Positions 7,839-20,146 of a stretch of 64,000 bases of DNA are shown piece by piece. A program made the translations under genes and the position numbers. The notes below the pieces were generated by a model. The model saw only the letters and a list, made by a program, of their open reading frames with translations. It had not been told where the DNA came from and did not search any database. Positions within the stretch are counted from its first letter, which is position 1; every line of letters starts with the position of its first letter. Source of the DNA: Acidimicrobiia bacterium (GTDB taxonomy: Bacteria > Actinomycetota > Acidimicrobiia > Spongiisociales > ZC4RG35); assembly GCA_965203555.1 (NCBI GenBank), contig CBDBCY010000004.1, forward strand, positions 2,912,001 through 2,976,000, read 5' to 3'.

Positions 7839-8888
7839 CTACCAGCCGCCCAACCGGTCTACTTCGGCCCATACCGCCGCCTCCGGTTCCTCGACCGGGG
7901 GGAACTCGACAAGTCCCGACACTGACTTCGGGGAGATTGCCAATACTCGGGCGGCCTGGGTTTGGGTGAGGACTCCTTTGGTCAGAGCGGCGCATACCAA
8001 CTGCAACATGGGGCGGGGAGCGGTGGCCAGTGGCGGAGGGTTGGCGCCACGGCCTCGGTCCATCGGATTCGGAGAGTAACCCAATCCCGGCGCCAGTCCG
8101 GTGGGGGAGACCTGTCCCATCCGATGGTATTGCTCCCCCGAGATCAAGCCCGACTGGCGAAGCCGCGTCGCGATCAGCGCATAGCTCACTCCGAACATAC
8201 GTTGCAGGTGTAAAGCCGCCACGGGATGGGAAGGTTCCACGCCTCCCCCCAGGGCGGCCACCGCCCTGATCAAGGCGCTATCGGGTACCAGCAGTTGGGC
8301 GGCGAAGCCGTCGGCAAGGCGCTGATGGGGTCCCTCGGGTTGCGAGAACCAGGCATCTCGCAGGTGGGAATGGCAGAAGGCGTGGCCCAGTTGAGCAGCC
8401 AGTGCGAATAGGTGGCGCCCCAGGTCCAGTCGGGAGTTCACCACTGCGCAGAACCCGATGGACGGGTGGTTGAAGAAGAATCCGGAGTGCGGTTCTCCCA
8501 GAGGAAGACGAAAGACCATGGCGTGGGGAGCGGCCAGCGCCAGCAGGTGATCGAAGATCGGCCCCTCGCCCCAGCCGAGAGCCACTCTCGCCGCCTGGGC
8601 AAGCCGGGACGCGTCGCCGAGATCGGCCCGGTGGGGAAGGGAAGAAGGAGGCAGAGGGCTGATTCCGCGACCGGGCAGTTCCCCGCCCATGAGGGTCACC
8701 AATTCGAGGTAGGACTGTGCCAGTTCGGCGAAGCGGTTTACGGAGATCCGGAAGTCGTTGTCCGGTGCGAAATCGGCCCAACCGAGGACCTCGGCAGCCA
8801 GGACAGGCGCCGCTGCTCGGTCCGCCGGCCACCGGTTCATCGAGTCGGTCTGCTCCGAGGGAGATTCCCGATCGACCCTGTCACCCAT
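7839..8888 (-). CDS. ImmA/IrrE (peptidase M78) family homologue with degenerate zinc motif
   Basis: SGFFF...VVNS...GRHLFALAAQLGH, QRLADGFAAQLLVP and FGVSYALIATRLRQSGLI follow the IrrE pattern, but HExxH reads AQLGH. Confidence 0.8.
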   Translation of the reverse strand: MGDRVDRESPSEQTDSMNRWPADRAAAPVLAAEVLGWADFAPDNDFRISVNRFAELAQSYLELVTLMGGELPGRGISPLPPSSLPHRADLGDASRLAQAARVALGWGEGPIFDHLLALAAPHAMVFRLPLGEPHSGFFFNHPSIGFCAVVNSRLDLGRHLFALAAQLGHAFCHSHLRDAWFSQPEGPHQRLADGFAAQLLVPDSALIRAVAALGGGVEPSHPVAALHLQRMFGVSYALIATRLRQSGLISGEQYHRMGQVSPTGLAPGLGYSPNPMDRGRGANPPPLATAPRPMLQLVCAALTKGVLTQTQAARVLAISPKSVSGLVEFPPVEEPEAAVWAEVDRLGGW

Positions 8889-9136
8889 GGCAGCGGCATC
8901 TGCCCAAGCCTATCTTGAGGATTGCCTCCTTCGGGGCGCAAGGCTCCATCGCAATGACGAAGAGCGGCAAGAAATGTCGGGATCCGGATTGACGTTGTCT
9001 CACCCTTGTCCTCATACTGTGGGGACTGACACAAATACCTCCGGCCGGGGACCGGGCTCACCCAGGCCGCACTATCCAGAGGTCATAGAAGCTAAATGAA
9101 CTCAGTCGTGAACTTTCGCGACCTTGAAGACGGCTC

Positions 9137-9188
9137 GGTGGCGGTGGGGGTGGGCCCGGCAAGGGGGGAGGCCGAGAATTCGCGAAAT
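9137..9188 (-). repeat. Dispersed ~50-bp intergenic repeat, copy 1
   Basis: Reverse complement ATTTCGCGAATTCTCGGCCTCCCCCCTTGCCGGGCCCACCCCCACCGCCACC resembles 54390-54438. Confidence 0.6.
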
Positions 9189-9319
9189 AGTGATGATGTT
9201 CACAACTTAGTGCAGGCTTTAACCTGATTGTTGGGATCCTTACAAGAAGGACTCGGTACAGAATTGTGCGGAACCGCTCTTTGGAGGAAACCCCAGTCTT
9301 CGAACGGGGTAGCGGCTCG

Positions 9320-9799
9320 TCAAGCTTCGGAGGGTTCTTCTTCGCTGTCAGTGGCGGCACGAAACCGGGGGCGCTCGACCAGGCGTTTGAGGACTCCCAG
9401 ACCCTTGTCGGCCATCTTCCGGTAGCCTGCGATCAGTTCTCCCAGTTTCTGGCGGTCCTCGCGGGCGCTTTTGAGCATTTCCATCAGTTCTGACATCTTT
9501 GCCGTATGAATCTCCAGTCTTGGCGTCAGCCGTCGGCTGGCGTGTTCCAATTGACGACGAACCTTCTCTAAATCCTGGCGCGCCTTGTCTCGCTCGCTAC
9601 GAGCCTCCTCCAACTCCCGGTTTGCTTTTTCCAGTTCGGCGCGGGTTGCCTGAAGTTCACTCCGCACCAGGTCTCGCTGTTGTTTCATTCTCTTGTAGGC
9701 CACTGATGCCACGACCCCCCAGATCAAGAAGAGGAGGGCGAGGGAAAAGCCGATGCCGGCGATCCACCATTCGGTGTCGAAGTCCCAGTTGACTGTCAT
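9320..9799 (-). CDS. Hypothetical protein, N-terminal TM helix plus coiled coil
   Basis: WWIAGIGFSLALLFLIWGVV followed by heptad-rich ELQATRAELEKANRELEEARSE; GAGAGGAGG RBS. Confidence 0.7.
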   Translation of the reverse strand: MTVNWDFDTEWWIAGIGFSLALLFLIWGVVASVAYKRMKQQRDLVRSELQATRAELEKANRELEEARSERDKARQDLEKVRRQLEHASRRLTPRLEIHTAKMSELMEMLKSAREDRQKLGELIAGYRKMADKGLGVLKRLVERPRFRAATDSEEEPSEA

Positions 9800-9996
9800 C
9801 AGGGGTTACCTCCTCTCTCCGCCGGTGTGAGCGGGCAATCCCCTGCACTCAAAGTGTATGCCCTCCGCTCCAACCCTCCTGCTTCCTTTCGGTCACTGGA
9901 AAGCCGGTTCGACCGGATGCTGGCAGTGCCTATCCAGGCTGGTCGGCTGCCTCTTCCTCCGACTGGGGCACCCCCTGGTCCGCCCTGGCGCGAACG

Positions 9997-10782
9997 TTAC
10001 TCACCGACCTCCGCTCCCAGGGCTGCAACCAGGGCGGGCACTGCCTGTCCAGCCGGCAGCGAGACCTTGGTTGCCGCGAGATGATCGAAGGCGGTAGGGC
10101 CCAGGTTGACGATCACCATCGGGATTCCATTCCGGGCCGCTGCTACGGGGATATCTGCTGCGGGGTACACCGACAGCGTCGAACCTATCACCAGCACGCC
10201 GTCGGACAGGGCTGAGAAGAACCGAGCCTTTTGTATTTCTCGTTCCGGAAGCATCTGCCCGAACGAGACGGTGGCGGTCTTCACTATGCCGCCGCATTGG
10301 GGACAACGGGGCTCCTCCTGTCCGGCGTCCACCCAGCCAATCACCTCGGCAGTGGGCCAATGGGCCGGACAACTCATGCATCGGGTTTTGCGGACGTTGC
10401 CGTGCAGCTCAGAGACCAAGTCGTCGGGGAGGCCGGCTTCCTGATGAAGCCCGTCGATGTTCTGGGTTACGCACCCCGTAAGCCGCCCCGCCTTCCACAA
10501 GTCCACAATGGCCAGATGGGCAGCGTTGGGCTTCACCTGCGAGCCGGCGCCCAACAACTCGCCCTGCTGGTGCAGCCGCCAGCGCATAACCCGCACCCGG
10601 CGGCTCGACATGTAACGATCGATGTGGAAGTCATCGGGATCGAGCTTGGTCCACAACCCGTCGGGACCTCGAAAGTCGGGAATGCCCGACTCGGTGGACA
10701 CCCCCGCGCCGGTGAATACCATGATCTGATCGCAGCCGCTCAGCGCCCTGGCCGCCCGGTCGATCGGAGAGGTGTCGCTCAC
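9997..10782 (-). CDS. cobB: Sir2-family NAD-dependent protein deacylase
   Basis: GAGVSTESGIPDFRG, TQNIDGLHQEAG, ELHGN, CxxC...CxxC, IGSTLSVYPAA. The GTG start overlaps the xdhC stop (GTGA). Confidence 0.9.
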   Translation of the reverse strand: MSDTSPIDRAARALSGCDQIMVFTGAGVSTESGIPDFRGPDGLWTKLDPDDFHIDRYMSSRRVRVMRWRLHQQGELLGAGSQVKPNAAHLAIVDLWKAGRLTGCVTQNIDGLHQEAGLPDDLVSELHGNVRKTRCMSCPAHWPTAEVIGWVDAGQEEPRCPQCGGIVKTATVSFGQMLPEREIQKARFFSALSDGVLVIGSTLSVYPAADIPVAAARNGIPMVIVNLGPTAFDHLAATKVSLPAGQAVPALVAALGAEVGE

Positions 10783-11825
10783 CCTCTCGCGCCCAGGTAA
10801 CGGTCGGGATCGCGACGGAAGGCGGTTTCGCAACCCGCCGCGCAGAACCAGTAGCCCTGCCCGTCATGATCGGCGGAAAAACGGGCCCGGGAGGGGATCA
10901 CCATCATCCCGCACACCGGGTCGGTCGTTTCCTCGTTGGCAGCCGCCTCCCTGCGGTCCTCGCCCGAACCTGTGGACACCGCGCCGGCCTCCGCCAAGGC
11001 AGATCGGCCGCCCCTCGCCGAGGGGGCTGCTTCCGAGACGTGGGACGCCGAGCCTCGCAAAGCCACCAGTTCGGCCAGGATGCTCACCGCCATCTCCCGG
11101 TGCCCCACCCGTCCCAGGTCGAGTCCGGCCGGTGCTCGTACCCGGGCCAGGTCGGCCTCGCCCACCCCCCGTTCGCGCAGGTACGAGACCACCGCCGCGG
11201 AGCGTTTCCGGGAAGCCACCAGACCCACGTGCCGGGCCCCGGTGGCCAAAGCGGCCGCCAGCGCCTCCTCGTCGTAGTGACCCTGCGTGGCCACCACCAC
11301 CATGGTCTGGCGGTCCACCCCCACCTTCTCCAGATCCAAGGTCAGGAACACCCGGTCGGACGGATCGTGATCATCGGCCCGGCCGCCGTCGTCCACCACC
11401 GAGGTGCGCCAGCCCAAAGCCCGGGCCATGGCGGTCAGAGTCCCGACGGCGGGAGACTTGCCCACCACGACCAGGTGGGGCGGGGGGAATACCGGCTCCA
11501 GGTACACCTCCATGGTGCCTTCGGAGTCACACGCCATGGGCACCGTCTCCACTCCCTGGCGGTCGCCGCCGGCCAAACCGTGATCGGGTCCGAGCACCAC
11601 CAGCCGGGCACGACCCTCGTGCAGCACCTCCCGGGCCACCCGGGTGATGGTGGGCGCCGCGCAGGCGCCACCCAACCAACCGTGCATTCGATCGTCGGGG
11701 AAGATGATCGCCCGGTATCCCTGCTTGCCCGACGACAATCCCGAACTCCACACCACCGTGGCCAGCACGAACGGCTCGCCGCGGGCGCGAAGCGCCACGG
11801 CTTGGTCCAGCAGCTCGTCCATCAC
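10779..11825 (-). CDS. XdhC/CoxF-family molybdo-enzyme maturation protein with C-terminal YHS domain
   Basis: FVLATVV, GWLGGAC, MACDSEGTMEVYLEP, VATQGHYDE, VGLVASRKR, RAPAGLDLG, EMAVSILAE. C-terminal DPVCGM...YWFCAAGCETAFRRDPDRY. Confidence 0.9.
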   Translation of the reverse strand: MMDELLDQAVALRARGEPFVLATVVWSSGLSSGKQGYRAIIFPDDRMHGWLGGACAAPTITRVAREVLHEGRARLVVLGPDHGLAGGDRQGVETVPMACDSEGTMEVYLEPVFPPPHLVVVGKSPAVGTLTAMARALGWRTSVVDDGGRADDHDPSDRVFLTLDLEKVGVDRQTMVVVATQGHYDEEALAAALATGARHVGLVASRKRSAAVVSYLRERGVGEADLARVRAPAGLDLGRVGHREMAVSILAELVALRGSASHVSEAAPSARGGRSALAEAGAVSTGSGEDRREAAANEETTDPVCGMMVIPSRARFSADHDGQGYWFCAAGCETAFRRDPDRYLGARG

Positions 11826-11858
11826 AACCTTGGACAGACGAGCTGCTCACCAGTGTTC

Positions 11859-14222
<2,364 letters not shown>

Positions 14223-14224
14223 GG

Positions 14225-14698
14225 TCAGCCTTCCTCCCCGCCGTTTTGGGCCGCCGCCCACTGAACGGCTTTGACGATGTTCACGTATCCGGTGCAGCGG
14301 CAGATGTTGCCCGAGATCGCCCAGCGGATGTCATCTTCGCTGGGGTCGGGGTTCTCCTCCAGCAGGGCGGTGGAGACCAGCATCATGCCGGGAGTGCAGA
14401 AGCCGCACTGCAGGCCGTGCTCCTGAGCGAAGCCCTTCTGGACCGCACTCAGTTCGCCGCCCTGCTTGAGCCCTTCCACGGTGGTGACCGAAGCGCCGTC
14501 GGCCTGCACCGAGAACATGGTGCATGACTTCATGGGTACCCCGTCGACCAGCACCGTGCAGGCGCCGCAACTGGTGGTGTCACACCCGATGTGGGTTCCC
14601 CGAAGGCCGAAGTCCGAGCGGATGGTGTCGACCAGCAGGCGCCGAGGCTCCACATCGGCAGTGTGATCGGTTCCGTTGACGTTGATGGTGATTTGCAT
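14225..14698 (-). CDS. coxS: CO dehydrogenase small (2Fe-2S) subunit
   Basis: [12 protein letters not shown]...[20 protein letters not shown]. Confidence 0.95.
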   Translation of the reverse strand: MQITINVNGTDHTADVEPRRLLVDTIRSDFGLRGTHIGCDTTSCGACTVLVDGVPMKSCTMFSVQADGASVTTVEGLKQGGELSAVQKGFAQEHGLQCGFCTPGMMLVSTALLEENPDPSEDDIRWAISGNICRCTGYVNIVKAVQWAAAQNGGEEG

Positions 14699-14709
14699 AG
14701 TCGTCTCTC

Positions 14710-15576
14710 CTAGCTTGCGGCCGAAGCAAGGGCCTGGGCCAGTCCCCGGCGCGTGTAGACGGCAACCACGTTGCGCTTCCAGTCGGCGCTGCCCCGCACG
14801 TCGGACTCTGGATCCGACGCAGCAGCGGCGGCCGATCCGGCCTCGGCGAACAACTCGTCCGACGGCATTTCGCCTTGCAACAAGTCTTCGGCGGCCGACG
14901 CCCGGGTGTTCTGGTAGTTGACGGCGGTGAGACCGATCCCGGCCTGGGCGATGCTCCCGTCGTCGGCCAGTTCCAACTGGGTGGCGACCCCCACGGTGGC
15001 GTAGTCGCCGATCTTGCGCTCCAGCTTCATGTAGGCGCCGCCCGTGGCGCCCGACGGTAACGGAATGCAGACCCCGGTGACCATCTCTCCCGGTTCCAGG
15101 GAATTGGTGAAGAAGCTCACGATGAAGTCGTCGATGCCGATTCGCCGGCTTCCCGAGGAGCTTTGCACCATTACGTCGGCGCGGGCGGCCAGCATCACCG
15201 AGTTCCAGTCGCCCTCCGGATCACAGTGGGCCACCGATCCACACACCGTGCCGCGGTTGCGGACCAGCGGGTCGGAGATCCAGGGAGCGGCGGAAGAGAC
15301 CACCTCCGAGGCTTTGGCGTCGTCAGACCGGACGACATCGTTGTGCCGGGCCAGGGCGCCGATGCACAGCGACCCGTTCTCCCTCCTTATATAGGAGAGT
15401 TCCGAAATCCGGTTGATGTCGACCAGGTGGGCGGGAGCGGCCAGATGAAACTTCATCATGGGGATGAGACTCTGGCCTCCCGCCAAGACTCGTCCCTCGT
15501 CTCCTAATTCCGCCAAGGCGGCCAGAGCACCTTCCAGGGTGTCCGGCGCCTGGTATTCAAATGCAGGTGGGTACAT
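14710..15576 (-). CDS. coxM: CO dehydrogenase medium (FAD) subunit
   Basis: LAGGQSLIP, VRNRGTVCGS, YMKLERKIGDYA, DVRGSADWK. Confidence 0.95.
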   Translation of the reverse strand: MYPPAFEYQAPDTLEGALAALAELGDEGRVLAGGQSLIPMMKFHLAAPAHLVDINRISELSYIRRENGSLCIGALARHNDVVRSDDAKASEVVSSAAPWISDPLVRNRGTVCGSVAHCDPEGDWNSVMLAARADVMVQSSSGSRRIGIDDFIVSFFTNSLEPGEMVTGVCIPLPSGATGGAYMKLERKIGDYATVGVATQLELADDGSIAQAGIGLTAVNYQNTRASAAEDLLQGEMPSDELFAEAGSAAAAASDPESDVRGSADWKRNVVAVYTRRGLAQALASAAS

Positions 15577-16035
15577 ACCTCGCTCGACCTCCTCATTACG
15601 GTTTCTTGACGGATGTTTTCTTGCTCTCTAGTTACCCTAGCCGACGGACCGGCCGTTTACGGGTTAACCGGCACATCTTTGTTCTGACCTGGAATTTTAT
15701 GAAATGCCGGTTGTGTTAATAGGGGTGTTTGGTTGGTGAACAGCCTCTGTTCCACCAGCGGTTATCCGGTGCGTCGTGGCGAAGGCGCCCCGGCACTTGA
15801 TTGATGCCGCCACCGACGAATCAACATCCGCGAAACGGGATACGAAAACAACAGGCAGGATGGCGAGCCCGTCAAGGATCCGCTCCGGCCACACCGCTCT
15901 CTCCCGCCATGCAGCCCTTTGCCTTCCGCCCTTAGGCCGTCCGCCTCAGGTTTCCCATTAGCCCATCCGGCACATGTGTCAACCTTGACGGCGGCAGTTG
16001 TCAATAGCGACACCTGCATTCAGGCGCCAGGGAAA

Positions 16036-16848
16036 TCAGGCTGGGGGAGAATGAATGTCAGCTGCGTTGAAGGTGTAGTTGAAGCGCCGGCACCAGATGG
16101 CTACCGTCAGGTAATCGTCCAGGTTGACATCGGCAGGCACTTCGTAGTTCTGGTTTCCCTTGTTGCCCTTCAGGTCCCCCAGCGATAAGTACTCCGTCGC
16201 TGAGTAAGCGCCCCGATCGTCGACCAGTGGCGAAGCGGAGAGGATCACCAGCAGGTCGGGTCCGTTTGACACTGCCAGGTCTTCGAAGCGGACCACGTGG
16301 GAACCGTCGGGTTGCCGGTAGACCAGCACGGTTCCCGTTCCGGGATGCCCCAGGCTGATCCACTCCGAGCGCGAGAGCAGCACCGGCCCCTCGGGGACTG
16401 CTTCGGTCGTGGTTGTGGTGGGAGGCAGGGTAGTTGTGGTGGTGGCCTCGGTGGTTGTCTGCGGTTCCTGCGGAGTCGGAACAGTGGTGGCAGGTGGACT
16501 TTCCTGCTCCTCTTCGGTGGCCGGAGAGGAACCCCGCTCCCGGTCTTCGATGGTTGGTGAAGTGGCGTCCAGGGTGGTGGTGGTCATTGCCGAATCGTCA
16601 GGCGCAGTGGTTGCCGGAGCAGCGGTAGTGGCGGGCGCCTCGGCCGCGAGCGCGGCGCCGGTAGTTGGGGTTGTGGCAATGGCCACGGGCGTCGGGAAGT
16701 CCTCGTTCACCTCTTCGTCGATGAACAACTTGTGGGGCTCGAAGTAGGCAATAACGAAGATTCCCAACCCCACGGCGACCACGGCGATGATGATCTTGGT
16801 CCGGATGCTCAATCCCAAAAGAAAACGGAGAAATCGTTTCACTATCAA
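16036..16848 (-). CDS. DM13 domain-containing membrane-anchored protein
   Basis: N-terminal TM with PHKLFIDEEVNE, Thr-rich linker, NGPDLLVIL, LGDLKGNKGNQNYEVP, VAIWCRRF. Confidence 0.85.
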   Translation of the reverse strand: MIVKRFLRFLLGLSIRTKIIIAVVAVGLGIFVIAYFEPHKLFIDEEVNEDFPTPVAIATTPTTGAALAAEAPATTAAPATTAPDDSAMTTTTLDATSPTIEDRERGSSPATEEEQESPPATTVPTPQEPQTTTEATTTTTLPPTTTTTEAVPEGPVLLSRSEWISLGHPGTGTVLVYRQPDGSHVVRFEDLAVSNGPDLLVILSASPLVDDRGAYSATEYLSLGDLKGNKGNQNYEVPADVNLDDYLTVAIWCRRFNYTFNAADIHSPPA

Positions 16849-16872
16849 CCTCCAGGATCAAAACTAGGCGGC

Positions 16873-18372
16873 TCAGCGGGATATGTCGGGGTCGTTTTGG
16901 ATCACCCGGGTTCGGATGGTAAAAACCGAGTCTCCGGACAAGACTCCTCCCCTACCGAACAGGCGGCCGCCCTCCCAGTTGGAGAGCCCCAACTCCGGGC
17001 GATTCAAGGCGAACTGCCCGTCCACCCAGCGGGTGAACCCGTTACCTACGAAAGGAGAATCGACCGTCTCGTAGAAGCGTTCCTGGGCGACAGGATCCTC
17101 GTCTATCAGGCTGGCCACCAGCTTGGGGCTCTGGGTGTTGAACAACTCGACCGCCTCCTCCACGCTGTCCACCACGGTCAAGGTCACTTCAGGGCTCTCC
17201 TCCCACTCCCACTCGGCGCCCAGGCCGTCATCGGCGATAATCTCGGTGATCATCTCGGTCACCTCACCCTCGGCTCTGGTGACGGTGTCGGCGCGGAACC
17301 ACTCGTCCGGAACCAAGTCCCTGTCTCTCTCGGTGACCCACAGTTTGGGATTGACCCCGCGCGCCGACGCCGCTCTGTTGAGAGAATCGAGGAACACCGG
17401 CGCCAACTCTTCCGAGCGGGAACGGACGATGGCGCAGACGTTGAGCGTGTTGCAAACCTTGCGATCGAGCGAGTTCCGCACCGCCTTGGCAAAGCGCGAC
17501 GTGTCTGCGTTGGGACCGGCCACCATCCACCCGCCGCCCGTGCCGTGCAGGCTCACCGAGATGCCGCTCTGACGGGCGACGGCGCCCAATTGGCCGACTG
17601 CGAAGCCTGAGCCCCGGGCCACCGCCAAAGACAATTCGGGCTGGGAGAACAGCGCCCAGCCCACCGCGTGGGTGGGACTGTCCACGAGGCCGACTGACCC
17701 TTCTGGAAGTCCGGTCTCGGCCAGCGCCGGATCCAGGGCGTGCTTCACGATGGCCCGGGCCGTTCCGAGAGCTGCAGACCCGATCCGAAACACCACCGTG
17801 TTGCCCGATCGCAGCACCCCGGTGGCGTCGGCGAAGACGTTGGGACGTCCTTCGAACACGAACCCGACCACTCCCAGACCCGACCGCACCAATTGTGCTT
17901 CCCATCCGGAGTGGGGCACCTTTTCGACGATCTCCCCCCGACCCGACCGGGCATCCCGCCAGGTACGCAAACCTTCCACCATGTTGGCGCGCATCTTGTC
18001 GGACAGCACCAACCGGGTGGTGGTGCGCCCCCGTGCCTGGGCCGCCTCCACATCGGCCCGGTTGGCTTCGGCGATGGGAGCGAAAGCTTCGTCGTCGGCC
18101 AGTAGCCTGGCCAACGCATCGTAGAAGTCGGTGATCTGTTGATCGGTGACCGCTCCCAGCCTGTCGAACGCCCGGTGAGCCCGGGCCACGGCCTTCTCGG
18201 CTATCTCCCAGTCGGCCGCGGGAATGCGCAGCAGATCACCGGTGGACTGAACCACCACCAACCGGTCACCCGGCCCGAAAATGGAGGCCAATTCCTCGCT
18301 CACCACCGTGACCCGATCTCCCCCGTAGGGAATCGCCATTCCCGGCGTCAAGTGGGTCAACTGTTCATTCAT
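16873..18372 (-). CDS. proA: Glutamate-5-semialdehyde dehydrogenase (gamma-glutamyl phosphate reductase), divergent long form
   Basis: LGVVGFVFEGRPNV, LRSGN, ARGS, catalytic CN (RKVCNTLN), TRWVDG, ELGLSN. Confidence 0.75.
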   Translation of the reverse strand: MNEQLTHLTPGMAIPYGGDRVTVVSEELASIFGPGDRLVVVQSTGDLLRIPAADWEIAEKAVARAHRAFDRLGAVTDQQITDFYDALARLLADDEAFAPIAEANRADVEAAQARGRTTTRLVLSDKMRANMVEGLRTWRDARSGRGEIVEKVPHSGWEAQLVRSGLGVVGFVFEGRPNVFADATGVLRSGNTVVFRIGSAALGTARAIVKHALDPALAETGLPEGSVGLVDSPTHAVGWALFSQPELSLAVARGSGFAVGQLGAVARQSGISVSLHGTGGGWMVAGPNADTSRFAKAVRNSLDRKVCNTLNVCAIVRSRSEELAPVFLDSLNRAASARGVNPKLWVTERDRDLVPDEWFRADTVTRAEGEVTEMITEIIADDGLGAEWEWEESPEVTLTVVDSVEEAVELFNTQSPKLVASLIDEDPVAQERFYETVDSPFVGNGFTRWVDGQFALNRPELGLSNWEGGRLFGRGGVLSGDSVFTIRTRVIQNDPDISR

Positions 18373-18437
18373 CAGGTTCAGAAGGATACCGGAGCGAAAG
18401 GAATGCCCGACCCCGCCTCTGGTGGCACCTCGTGGGT

Positions 18438-18668
18438 CTATGTTCGTTCTAGGAGATAATGGAGGACTTGTGAAACTCCCAAAGCACCATAAGCCATCCA
18501 GATCTGCCGCTTCATGCGGGTTTCGAATCTGTCGAGCACTCCGCCCAGGTTGGCAAACATCTGATCGAGCGCCTCCACCGGGTCGCGTTTCGGCAACTCC
18601 AACTCCGCTCCGGTGGTGGGCACTGGAATGTCATTGGCGTGGGTCCCCCACGCCTGAAGGCATCGCAT
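18438..18668 (-). CDS. Small hypothetical protein (helix plus hydrophobic C-terminus)
   Basis: Fills the intergenic gap; LDRFETRMKRQIWMAYGALGVSQVLHYLL. Confidence 0.35.
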   Translation of the reverse strand: MRCLQAWGTHANDIPVPTTGAELELPKRDPVEALDQMFANLGGVLDRFETRMKRQIWMAYGALGVSQVLHYLLERT

Positions 18669-18788
18669 TTCGCCTATTAAGACTCGTTATATCCCTTCGA
18701 CCCTCCATTTCCATCAGCCTACTCCGGGCCCATCCTGTGGCGCCATAAGAAATCCGGACCTTTTGAACAGGTATACTTTCGGGCGGGT

Positions 18789-19190
18789 ATGGAACTGGTC
18801 GACTATTTGCCGGTGGCGGTGATGCTGGTGCTGGCCACCGGCTTTGTGGCTGTGTCGCTGGTGGTTTCCCGTCTGATGTCTCCTCACCGCCCCACTCCCG
18901 AAAAGCTCGCTCCCTACGAGTGCGGGATCATCGCTGAGGGGGAACCCAGCACCCGCTTTCCCATCAAGTTCTACATGGTGGCGATGCTGTTCGTGGTATT
19001 CGACGTTGAGATCATCTTCCTTTTCGCCTGGGCCTCCCGTTTCAACGGTCTGGGGTGGTTCGGTATCGGCGCGATGGCCATCTTCACCTTCTTCGTGATC
19101 GAGACGCTGATCTATGTTTGGAAGCGGGGCGCCCTGGACTGGAACGTCCCCGGCCGCCGGCGTTACCTGCCCACCACAGAGACAAGCTGA
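18789..19190 (+). CDS. nuoA: NADH-quinone oxidoreductase subunit A
   Basis: [30 protein letters not shown]. Confidence 0.95.
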   Translation: MELVDYLPVAVMLVLATGFVAVSLVVSRLMSPHRPTPEKLAPYECGIIAEGEPSTRFPIKFYMVAMLFVVFDVEIIFLFAWASRFNGLGWFGIGAMAIFTFFVIETLIYVWKRGALDWNVPGRRRYLPTTETS

Positions 19191-19192
19191 CC

Positions 19193-19665
<473 letters not shown>

Positions 19666-19666
<1 letters not shown>

Positions 19667-20145
19667 TGTCGGACAACGAGGTTCTCGACCCGCTTATGGC
19701 GAAGTTCCCCAATGCCCGCTGGGAGATTTCAGAGCACCAGTGGCTGGTGGATGTGGACCGCTCCCAACTGGCCGAACTGGCGGCGGCCTGCAAAGACGCC
19801 GGCTTCGAGATGTGTGTCGACATCACCGCGGTTGACTGGTACCGCAAGCGACGTACCCGGTTCCAGGTGGTGGTGAACCTCCTGTCCCACCAGCACGGTC
19901 GGCGGCTTCGGATCACCACCGGCGTTCCCGCCGATGACCCGGTGGCGCCCTCGTTGTGCCCGGTTTATCCCGGAGCGGGCTTTCCAGAGCGAGAGGTCTA
20001 CGATCTGTACGGTATCACCTTTGACGGCCATCCCGACCTGACACGGATTCTGATGCCGGACGAATGGGAGGGGCATCCCCTTCGGAAGGACTATTCGGTG
20101 GGTTCGGTCCCGGTTCGTTTCAAAGCCTCCCCCCAGGTGATCTGA
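19666..20145 (+). CDS. nuoC: NADH-quinone oxidoreductase subunit C
   Basis: DITAVD, EREVYDLYGITFDGHPDLTRILMPDEWEGHPLRKDY; TGATG overlap with nuoB. Confidence 0.95.
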
Positions 20146-20146
20146 G

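Noticed and set aside
9997-10782. Sir2 protein as an anti-phage NADase (Thoeris/DSR type)
   Set aside because: It is a short classical Zn-finger sirtuin with no fused sensor domain, in a metabolic operon.
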